Origin: Phoronis australis
Lineage: Eukaryota; Animalia; Phoronida
DNA: 64,000 nucleotides
NCBI GenBank assembly: GCA_002633005.1
Contig: NMRA01000308.1
Span: 186,001 to 250,000, forward strand
Direction of reading: 5' to 3'
This document shows, one piece after another, positions 26,901 through 38,900 of this stretch; position 1 is the first letter of the stretch; the number at the start of each line of letters is the position of its first letter. Both the position numbers and the translations under genes were made by a program. Below the pieces are notes generated by a model that worked only from the letters and a program-made list of their open reading frames with translations, ran no database searches and had not been told where the DNA came from.

Positions 26901-29900
26901 CATACGACTGTATTGAGGCTCTGCAGAACATTAAAGAGTGAGTGTAATCGTGGCTTATTGTTTTGATGAACGTCTTGTGCTTTGGGTGTTGTGGTCCTAG
27001 CGGTTAGTTGCAATTTTGCTGGGTCGTACCTGTTTATTGCTGTTGGTTAAGATTGGTACATGGGGTTAGGATTCCTCAATTAAGTACACAATATGGTTGA
27101 GAAGTTTTGTTGAAATTTTTATTGTCAGCATGGTCTGTATTGTGTTATCAAACGATATTTGTTGAGAATTTGAGCATGTAGCGAGCCTTTGAAACATGAG
27201 AAAACAGAAATTTAAGAAGTTGTAGCTATTCGACCAGTTGTAGCTGTTCGACCAGTTGTAGCTGTTCGACCAGATGTAGTTATTTTCTAGAAATGACTGT
27301 CAGTGACATATCTTTTCTCAAGTGACAGTTATGGATGTTTACGCAACAGTTACTCATAATTCAACACACTAAGTATCTGTCCAACTTTTTATCTCTGGTA
27401 TTCACCTGATGTCACCACTTTGATGTGGACAAACAGGCGTGGGTGATGAAGACCCCTGATGTTTATGAAGCTGGGAGTTGAGCTGATATCACTTTCAAAA
27501 ACTATATTTTTCAGGTGCCTGTGGTTCATGATGGAGCCACTGACTAAAGATGAGAGTTATAATTATAGTTTCTTCAGAAAAATGTTTGAGTGTATGAAAC
27601 AGACCAGAGACGCCCAAGGGGTCAACGCCGACGGCAAAGAAAATGAAGAAATGAATAAAGTACGTGAGCATGGGATGGCAAGGAATTTGGAGTGTGTTCT
27701 TGTTTTATTAGTTGTTTGTTTGGCTTTTGTTTCAATTTCTATTGTGTGGCATGATTTGTAGATTCAACCTTGGAAGAGTCCTCAATTGTTTGCAGATTTC
27801 TTGCGATTTAAAGTTATGTAGGTTCTTTTCATTTAGCCAAATATTTGCTGAGTTATTGAAAAGTAAAAAAAACTATAGACTTCAAGTTTTAACTTTGTGC
27901 CAGTCTATGTTAAATTTGTGACCGTGCCTTTTTAGTAAAATATAGCAAAAATAAACTTAGGCAGGTACATTCATACGACAATGGTGTCATTGACAAGAAT
28001 TTCATTTGACACAAATTTTTGAGATGAAATTGCAAATACGCTACTATAGTTTTCTAAAACATTACTTCCTTTTCATGTTATGCAACTTATGAGCTTTTCA
28101 TAAAAAGTCATTAATGTCTTATTTTGTAGCCCCTCGTGCAAAAGTGGAACATTTCAAAAACAATCCCTAATATTATGGAAAACAGTTAAAAAAAACCATA
28201 GATTGTGTGTGAAGGTGTCATCTGATCATTCCTTTGTGAGACATGACGTTCCCAAGTTAGTGTCCTACATAACATTAATTGTAAATGTTTATGAAAACAA
28301 CAGGTAAAAGTGTTAAACAGTGGCCAACTGCAGAACATTGTTGTTACTCCTCACTACTGCAAGTACAACTACTGCCTTGTGATGGCTCTTTTCTTATAAA
28401 GTAATGTCTAGCATTATTCTCTTAAAGTTCCTGTGGTTGGCAGTTATAATAACACTTATCTTTTCAGAAATTATATGCAGTCTGTGACATAGCCTTGGGC
28501 TTGCTTGCGTCTAAGTCAACTAACATTACTCTTAAGGACCACACAGCTGAGCCTGTCTTACCTTCTAAGCTGTTCACAAAACCTGATAAGGTAAGCTCAC
28601 TCTTGATGCTTTGATTTTTGACTACAGATCTTTGAATGGCATGCCCCGTATTTTGTATTTTACAGTAGTGAATGTATGCTGACTGTCACCCATAGAGGTA
28701 TGTAACTGTGTCTATCGTAAGAAACCACCAGTGGTCTTCGTTATGTTTACTTTTGGAGTAAACTTCCTGTTACTTATTTCCAGAACAAGATCAACTCCAT
28801 TTCATACCTTCCCAAGGAGCTCACGTTTACACCGCCGCGAAAAAAAGGTGTAGTGACCAATATATTGGCCTCCCCTAAGACGCTCTTTAAAAATGATGCT
28901 GGCAAGGCAACAAAATCCGACAGCAAGCAAACGTCAGCTCAGAACAAGGCAGTATCGAAAAAGGCGTCTGTTGTTAAGGAATCAACACCAAAAACTGTTA
29001 AAGATGCCACCAATAAGAAGGCAAATGAAACCCTGAAGTCTCTGGAACCGAAAACAAAGGGTAAAAACATAAAGTACGTATTGTGTTAAAGCCTTCCTTG
29101 AAATATTTTTTGCTGTCTTAGTTGTGTCAGGCTACCTAGATAGTCCTAGTTGTATCAGGCTGCCCAGATAGTCCTAATTGTATCGGGCTACTCAGATAGT
29201 CTTAGTTGTATCAGGCTACCCAGGTAGTCCTAGTTGTATTATCTACCCAGATAGTCCTAGTTGTATCAGGCTACCCAGATAGTCCTAGTTGTATCGGGCT
29301 ACCCAGATAGTCCTAGTTGTATATATCTACCCAGATAGTCCTAGTTGTATCAGGCTACGCAAATAGTCCTAGTTGTATCGGGCTACCCAGATAGTCATAG
29401 TTGTATCAAGCTACCCAGATAGTCCTAGTTGTATCAAGCTACCCAGATAGTCATAGTTGTATCGGGCTACTCAGATAGTCTTAGTTGTATCAGGCTACCC
29501 AGGTAGTCCTAGTTGTATATATCTACCCAGATAGTCCTAGTTGTATCAGGCTACGCAAATAGTCCTAGTTGTATCGGGCTACCCAGATAGTCATAGTTGT
29601 ATCAAGCTACCCAGATAGTCCTAGTTGTATCAAGCTACCCAGATAGTCATAGTTGTATCGGGCTACTCAGATAGTCCTAGTTGTATCAGGCTATGCAGAT
29701 ACTCTTAGTTGCATCGGGCTACCCAGATAGTCTTATTTGAGTCAGGCTACCCATATAGTCCTAACAGTAATTAAGCGACATCAGAAAATTGATTTAAACT
29801 CTGAAATGTAGGCTCATCAGCTGATATGTGAAGTAGCCTTTTCACATCAAATTCCATCACCATGGGAACACAACGAAAACCGAAAAGCTGAAAGTAGCTG

Positions 29901-32900
29901 TATTTAACCGTGTTTTGAATAGAGTATCATGTAAGGATTCTCATGGTGACATAGACAGGCTGACATATGCAGTGTCCGAGACTTACCATAACATCAAGTC
30001 TCCAAATGCAACCTTGCAAAATTCATTGGTCGCCAAATGGGAACTGGGCTCGCAAAAAAACAAGAGAACCCCCCTCTGCGAGGCTATGGAAGTTCTGACC
30101 TCTATAAATGACACATAGTTGGCAACAGCGAAAAAATTGAGAAAATGAGATATCTGAATTGAAGAACTGGCGAACTGAGCAAATGTCCACCAAAAAAACA
30201 CGAAATTGCCCAGGTTGCATTTTTCCACAAAATTAGAATTAGAGGTATATGCTTTGCTCTCTAACAGCCATTTTCTCCTCTTGAAAAACCAGCGTTAGTC
30301 TCAGTTAGGCTCCAAAGACCTGGTGGAGAATCCTGCTCATATACACGTGTTAATTTCATTTGCAAGAATCAGTGTAGATGAAGGGTATTGAAATAAAAAT
30401 GTATTTTTCCGTCATCAAAAGGTGTGCATTACAACAATTGTGTGGATGGAGCGTTCTTGATGAAATGTGTTTACCAGCGTTTCATTGTAGAATCTTTTGT
30501 TTGTTGTGATAGGTCACCCCCTGCTAAGAACACTATAGACAAGTATTTGAAGAAAGGAAACAAAGCCTCAACTAAACAGATGACCAAGTCTAGCCCCGTC
30601 AACATCTCATCCAGCAAAAAGCTCAAACAGACCAAGTTAACTTCCCCGGGACCTTCAAATAGGAAAGGTGGCTCTCTAAAATTGTCGTCTGAGTCCGAGT
30701 CGCCACGTATCAGCACTGCAAGCAGTCAAAAGTCTTCAACATTGGAAATGAGTTCGCCGTCACCGAAAAAGCCGAGCAGAAAAGCTCCCTTGAGAGGCAC
30801 CAATGTTGTCAGTCCACCTTCTACTCCGAAGAAAATTGTGAATAAAAAAGTTGAGAAACAGAACATTACTAAAAAGAAGGAGTCACCTAAAAAAGTTACT
30901 TCTAACGCATCAAAATCGAAAAACAAAAAAGTTGTTGGATCAAAAAATAATGTTAAGAAATCTCCTGTGAAACCTACTGTTGGGAAGTTAGCTAAATCTG
31001 CCAAACGAACAGTAGTTGCTAAGGCAACACCACGCACCTCACCGAGGTCATCTCAGAAATCATCATCCTCTGGGAAATCCTCATCCCCACAGAAGTCTCC
31101 ATCGACCCCTCTTAAGTCATTGTCTGCCAAGTCGACCCCTCTGAAGTTGTCATCTGCCAAGTCGACCCCTCTGAAGTTGTCATCTGCCAAGTCGACCCCT
31201 TTAAGGCCGTCATCTGCCAAGTCGACCCCTTTAAGGCCGTCATCTGCCAAGTCGACCCCTTTAAGGTCATCATCAGCCAAGTCGACCCCTGTGAAGAGTC
31301 CAATAAAATTGTCACTCAGGTCGTCGCCGATCAAAAAGACGCATACGCTAGCAAATAAATCTCCAATGGCAGCGAACCAGTCGCCACGTAAACGGGCAGC
31401 CATTGTGGAAAATAGCGTGTCATTTCCTAAGAAATCCCGTCAAGCTTCACTGAAAACAGCCAAGTAAGTGGAAAGTCAGGTCAGAGGTTAAAGGTTAACA
31501 GCTGACTGGTGGAATGTCTATGGTTTTCATCATTGTTTTTGTTTTGTTTGTGTTGTGTAACTTTGATAGTGTTGTCTCATTTTTCCCACGGTTAATATTA
31601 ATCGTGAAGGAATTATAACTTCTTAATGTAGTCTTATAAAAATTGAATCAGGTTTTCAAAATGATAGAAATGTCAAGGAGACAGCTTTGAAAACTATTTA
31701 ATGCTTGACAAAAGAATTTTTCTGTACACTGAGTATCAGTTTATTTGTGTTGGGTTGACTGTCTAAAATTACATACTTTTTTCTGTTCAACGACTATACC
31801 GTATTCACCCTAATAACCGCCCATGCCCCTATAAGTGCCCCCCCCCACTCGTTTTCAGACTTTGCTAAAATAAGCACCCAGTCCATGAACATGTAAGTGG
31901 GAAAAATGCCTTACCTACAGTCCTAAAATTCTACAGTAACGTCTTCAATTTATCAATAATATCCTACAGTCCTGAAAAAAAATCATTGTGCGCAGAATTA
32001 ATGGACCACGAGCCTCTCCGCTATGTCGGTATTTATCTGTGACTATACTCTTGAAACTTCCGCCATGCCTCAAAACGAACACAAAAGTTTTGCTGATATT
32101 GCGAAGAATGTGTCCCACTATGGTCTGGCCTTCCAGAACAGACGAAGCGTACTTCAAGGTGTCAACGGGATTGTATTGTAGATATTTCCCCCCTCAACAG
32201 GAATACAAGGTTCTTTGTACACGTGAAAACTGCGAATCGAAGACTGATAAAAACCATGGCCAGTGTTAAAAGCATGTGGCAGGAAGCGCGCGCTACATAC
32301 ATGTACCTGTCATTAAAGACATTTGTCCAGAACTATCCATTCGTGAAACGGGTAGCATAGCATTAGGTACCACAAGTAAAATTCTTTAAGGCATTAAAAG
32401 CCTGGTTTTATGGTTCCATTGCATGGCTGGTTGAGAAAGACGCACAATGACACCACATTTATCAAAATCACAGTTGACAGGACATTTAAGCACGGAACTC
32501 GGGTTAAAAGCGTTTGTTTACTAATGATAGCCATATGACATGGGGGCCGCCATCTTGGAAATTCAAAAGTAGGTTTGAGTTGCGTGGAGAAGAATTGGAA
32601 ATGTTACCAAAAGAATTGCATCTCAAGGGACATGTTCTTCAACACGTATTTCTCACTTCTTAATAGGTTACAATTTTATGGGGTAGATCTGTGGAAGAGG
32701 CAGAACGCAGCCGTATCCAAATTTTTCATGCCAACAAACCTGGACACAAACAACATGACCAATGTGTGATTTTCGTCAAAGTTTTCCTACCATAATGACA
32801 AAATCATGGATAAAATCTTGTTAAAGATATATTCATTAATCATTGTTCTCACCTATTTCCTTGAATACTTCCATCATATTTGGCATTTTCATAGAAATAT

Positions 32901-35900
32901 CTGACGAGGGACCATCAGCCGTACTCGGCGAGCGAGACATGATGAAGTAAAGCTAGTCTCACAAATAAGCCGCGCGCTATTTCTCGGTGATGGCAAATAC
33001 AAAGTGAAGAAAAAGACGATAAACTAGACTTCAAAACCTTCATTTTCATATTTTAATTTTCAAAATTGAAATTTCTATTCCGAAGTTATGACAATTCAAA
33101 AACTTCACATGGTGATCTCTCAGTTGAGAGTATTTTTAGGGGAAAAAACCGTACATGCAGCTAATGGTGTGTAGAATGTCATGCACATAGACATCACATG
33201 CACATAGACATCACATGCACATAGACATCACATGCACATAGACATCACATGCACATAGACATCACATGCACATAGACATCACATGCACATAGACATCACA
33301 TGCACATAGACATCACATGCACATAGACATCACATGCAGACATCATGTACACACAGACATCACATGCACATAGACATCACATGCATATCCTTATGAGGTA
33401 AATAGAATTTCCCAGCAGCAGCGCACAACCAAAACATGCAGCCCATCCGATTTGCAGTCGATTTATCAGCGTCGAAAATGCGAGTAATGCGTATAAAGCG
33501 TTGTTGTTTCGTTTGTAATTAAAGGTGGCGGATAATGAGTAAACATGACATATTTTATATCATTGGAAAGTGTTTGAAATAAGCTTTAACTGGATGAAAG
33601 ATTTTTAAAAACATGTAGTTTTTGAGATATGGTAAGTTGAATTTAGTGCAAGATATTTTGACCTAGCGCACCAATTCTAACGGGCTTTTCCCTGTACTTG
33701 GGGTACCTTATAGCATCGGTAAGAAATGAATATTGGCACTAATTTCCAACAGTTTCTAATACTGTAAAAAGTGTTTGCATTAGTTTTAAGAGGGGTTGTT
33801 TGATTAATCATAACTGGTGTTCTTAAAGCCAAATATCCCATAAAATGACCACTGACAGCGATTGCTTGCACACCCTTACACTGAAAAGGTAGTCACATAC
33901 GCATCCAGCCACACGGCGACTAATCTGGGCCTTACCAAGACAAATAATGTGGAACATTTTTAGCACATAAGACCGGCAAGTACTGAATGAAACACGTTCT
34001 TCTTTAGGCCTACTGCTTATGCTAATTTCTTTAGATACAGTCATGCAGAGATACAGTCATGCAGAGATACAGTCATGCACAGATACAGTCATGCAGAGAT
34101 ACAGTCATGCACAGATACAGTCATGCACAGATACAGTCATGCACAGATACAGTCATGCACAGATACAGTCATGCACATCTAGCTCGTTAGACTGCGTTTA
34201 CTCTGGCTAACGAACTCTGGTGTCACGCACGCGCTCGCTTACTCACACGCAAATGACCTTCAAAACAAACGTCACGTGACAACAACGTGTGTTCGTCAAG
34301 AAATTTTTCTCATGTTGCCGATCATAGATGGCACAATCTAGCACAGATTTGGACTTAACCTGCCATTAATCCCGACTCCACGGGAGCTTAAAAATCTTTG
34401 GGAGGCTATTTGGAAAACTTAAGGAGGATTTCAGGTAATTTGCTTGAGTCGAAACTATTTTTATTCCAAGTCGCCATATCGACGATTGCGAGGCAGTCAG
34501 TCGGCGAGTTTTCGCCCTGGGATTTCAGCACAATTTTCTGTAAAATGATTGTAATCTAACAGCTAAGTTTGATAGCAATGCACCACAATTTTGTAGAAAG
34601 CCTGTCATAGGTTACAGATACGTCACATAGCGTCAATATGATGAATCTTAGCTTCCGATTTTACTTGTTGTGGAGACCGGGTTTCTACCGCCTTGGGTTA
34701 CAATAAGCGCCCCCCCTGAAACAAATTTTTCTAAGCGCCCTGGGCAGTTATTAGGGCGAATACGGTAATAGATATTGGCAGAAACTAAAGAAATCCAATT
34801 TATATCAAACTTACTGGTATTTATACTTAAGTTTTGTTATTCCATTTTAGGGAGGTTGCCAGGGATATCACCTCTGACCTGGACAGTGACGGTGTAAGAT
34901 CGTCGCCTAGGAAGCGTCGCGCAAATTCTCCAGCAGTGGTTGCATCAAAGAGGTATAGAAACTGTTACCTTCATACAGTTGTTGCGCTTGCTTTTAGTAT
35001 TAGATAAACGGCAGGCAGCATCAACCAGCGTCCGGCGTCCGCTGCTCTATCTCCAAAACCCTTTGACATACGTTCATGAAATTTGGCACATGTGTTCCAT
35101 TAATGAATGGGACGGCATGAGCAAATTTTCGGACAGATCCGACTACCGGTGTGCCCCCTAGTGGCAATTTTAGTTTTTTACGCTTACCTTTGTATCTTCA
35201 TGAAATTTGGTATGTAGGCACCTATTAGTGAGATGACGCTATCCTCTTGTTTTCGGATAGTTTCGAGGTAGTTTGCGCCACCTAGTGGCCGTTTTTACTG
35301 TTTTCAAGTCTGTTTTTTGTGTCCACCCCTCTATCAACCAAACCGCTCAAAGGATGATTGTGAAAATTGGCATGTATGTTCTTACTATGAAGAGGGCGGT
35401 TGACGATGATTCTCCGATTTTGACTACTGTGGTGCCTCCTGGTGGCAGTTGTGTTTTTTTTGCGCCTATGGCTGTATCTCCTAAACCGTTCGCAGGATCT
35501 TTACGAAATTTGGTAAATATATTTATATGATGTCAAAAACAAACGACGACGACTTTCGGACAGATCTGACCACTGGTGTGCCACCTCGTTGTAATTTTAT
35601 TTTTTTACGTTTACCTCTGTATCTTCAAAGGTCCTCATCATATTTTCATAAAATTCGGCATATAGGCATTTATTAATGAGGTGTCGCTATCTCTCCGTTT
35701 TCAGATGAATTCAACCTAGTTTGCACCACCTAGTGGCCATTTTTACTGTTTTCGTGTTTTTTGGCGTCCACTAATCTATCAACAAAAGCGTGTTCAGGAT
35801 TATTGTGAAAATTGGCATGTATGTTTTTACTATGAAGTGGACGGCTGACGATGATTTTCTGACAATTTCGTTTACTGGGGTGCCGCATTTTTTTTTGCGC

Positions 35901-38900
35901 TCATGGCTGTGTCTCCTAAACTGTTTGCAGGATCTTTGCTTAATTTAGCACGTGTTTTTATATGATGTTGACTACAGAAGAGGACGACTTTCGGACAGAT
36001 CTGACTACTGGTGTGCCCCCTAGTGGCAATATGATATCTTCAAAGGTCCTCAACAGATTTTCATAAAATTTTAAATATAGGCATCTGTTGGTGTGATGAC
36101 GCTATCTTTCTGTTTTTGGATGGAATCGAGGTATTTTGCACCACCTAGTGGTCATTTTTGTGGTTTTCAAATCCTGTTTTTGACGTCCCCCCTGTATCAA
36201 CCAAATCATTTGAATATTGGCATATATGTTCTCAGTGTGAAGACGACTTTTGATGATGGTGACTGACTACTGTGGCGCCTCCTAGTGGTAGTTTTGTTTT
36301 GCGCCCATAGTTGTATCTCCTAAACCCACTGCAGGGTCTTTATTAAATTTAGTAAGTGTATTTATATGAAGATGACGACGGATTTCAGGCGGATCCAACG
36401 GACACTGCCCACTAGTGGCAATTTCATTTTATTCTGTTTTGCTTTGTTTCTCTGAAGTTCCTTGACACGTTTTTATGAATTATAGCATGTTCCTGTTTTT
36501 AGATGATTGTGTGTTTTTGCACCATCTAGTGGCCATTCTTATGATACAAATAAATAACCCTAAAAGCACACCATTTGCAATGCATTCGTGGGCGCATTTC
36601 AACGCTCCGTGTTGCTCTTGTTTTACATATATTTATTTGAACAAAAAACCAGTATACATGTTTGTTTAACAGCAGTAGTCAAATTTGACTGCTTTGTTTT
36701 GGTCACGTTTTCTGCTTTACAATTGTCCTAAGGTATTAACGGTACCGCTATAGAAAATGAAAACTTTGTCTAGATGTTTAATAGATATTCAATTCTTTTT
36801 TCTGATACGTTGTATTTTCTAGCACGCCCTCTCTTGAATTGATATCTTAATTAATTTTACTGATCGTAGTTGATTGGATTTAAAAAAACTGCACATTTTT
36901 CTAGGCAAAGAAAAGCAGATAGTCAGACGTCTAGTGATGAAATGCGATCCTCAGCATCTTCAAGTCAAGGTTCCCAGAGGAAAGGATCTGCGGAGTCGCC
37001 TAAGAAGGGGTCTTCCAGTTCCCCCAGGAAAGGAGCCCCTCCTTCACCAAGGAAAGGGGTCTCATTGTCCCCGCAAAAATTGAAATCATCTCAAAACCTC
37101 CGCAGTGCTCCACGTAGAGCCAACCTCAGGAAAGGAAGGTAAGTTTACTTAGGTGGCATGTAACTTCACATAGTGTCGCACACAAACTATCCTTGGTTTA
37201 TGGGAGGAGGAAGTGTTCCTCTAAATCTGATACTGGAATCTGTGTTGATTTATTTTGGAATGATTCTTGCCCATCCATCTGGCATCAGCTGCCGTGTCTC
37301 CAAAACCCCTCAATGGATGTGCGTGAAGTTTTTGTTCTTGAATGGAGTGCTGTGAGTGTATTTTAGGACAAATCTGACTATGGGTGTGTCACTTAGTAGT
37401 ACTTTTAGTCTTTTTACATTTGCCTCTGCCTCTCTTTTTCACATGCATTCCACACATTCTGCACCACCTAGTGGCAATTTTAAGTTTTTATGCGCCCACA
37501 TATTTATATGTGGCCACATTATGCCGTCATCTCTGTCCGTCCGTCTGGGCGGCGTCCATCCGCCGTCCGCTGCTCTATCTCCAAGACCGGTTGAGGTATG
37601 TTCGTGAAAGGCTTCTGTTAGTGAGGTGATGCTATCTTTCCGTTTTCAGATGGATTCGACCTAGTTTGCGCCACCTAGTGGCCATATTTACTGTTTTTAG
37701 TCTGTTTTTTGGCGTCCACCCCTCTATCAACCAAACCGCTTTCAGGATGATTGTGAAAATTGGCATGTGTGCTTTTACTATGAAGTGGACAGGTGATTAG
37801 ATGATTTTCTGACGACTTCAACTACTGTGGCGCCTCCTAGTGAAATTTTTTTTTCGCCCATGGCTTTATCTCCTGAACCGTTTGCAGGATCTTTACTAAA
37901 TTTAACAAATGTGTTTATATGATGTTGACAACGGACGACGATGATTTTCGAATAGATCTGACTTCTGGTGTGCCCCCTGGTGGCAATTTTAGTTTTACGT
38001 TTACTTCTGTATCTTCAAAGGTCCTCAACGGCTTTTCATAAAATTTTGAATACGAGCATCTATTGGTGACTTGACACTATCCTCCCATTTTCGTATGGAA
38101 TCAAGGTATTTTGCGCCACCTAGTGGCCATTTTTGCTGTTTTTTCGAGTCTGTTTTTTGGCGTCTATCCTTTTATCAACCAAATCATTCTGAGGATGATT
38201 TTGAAAATTGGCGTATATGTTCTCTGTGAAGAGGACGGTTGTCGATGACAACTTTGACTACTGTGGCGCTTCCTAGTGGTAGTTTTGTTTTGTTTTGTTT
38301 TGTTTTGTTTTGTTTTGTTTTGCGCCAATAGCTGTATCTCCTAAACCCACTGCAGGATCTTTATTAAATTTAATTAGTAAGTGTATTTATATGATGCTAA
38401 AAACAGACAATGACGACTTTCAGGCGGATCCAGTGAGCAGTGTGCCCCCTAGTGCCAATTTCATTTTATTCTGTTTTCCGTTGTTTCTCTGAAGTTCCAT
38501 GACGGATTTCTATGAAACTGGGTGTATAGCTTTCTATTAAAGAAGCAATGGCATGTTCCCGTTTTCGGATGGATGGTACGTTTTTGCGCCATCTAGTGGC
38601 CATTTTTATGGCACAAATAAACAACCCTAAAAGCACACCATTTGCGATGCATTTGTGGGCGCATTTCAATGCTCCGCGTTGCTCTTGTTTTATGTTTCCT
38701 CCGTATCTTCAGAGTTTTATGGCAGATTTGCATGAAACGTGGCAAATAGATTTCTATTAAAGAGACAATAACAGCTTCCCATTTTTCTTATCTCCTTTGT
38801 TGCATATTGTTTTTGTGTATTGTAGTGTGCCTCCCTAAGCTCCAAACTGCTTGGAAGAATCATGATTAAAGGTGGCAGGTGTGCTCCTGTTGAGAATAGC

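Larger units (their letters stand above)
31799..34765 (-). mobile_element. Non-autonomous TA-TSD DNA transposon (Tc1/mariner-pogo-like) with HIRAN-like remnant and ~1.9 kb nested insertions
   Basis: TIRs TA|CCGTATTCACCCTAATAAC ... GTTATTAGGGCGAATACGG|TA; internal arms match 730..1580 in reverse. Confidence 0.82.

Noticed and set aside
30471-31403. Antisense ORFs over PDS5 exon 28
   Set aside because: Shadows of the S/K/P-rich sense exon and its 30-bp repeat
30424-31467. Stand-alone histone H1-like gene
   Set aside because: No globular H1 domain; bounded by splice sites in phase with PDS5 exons 27 and 29
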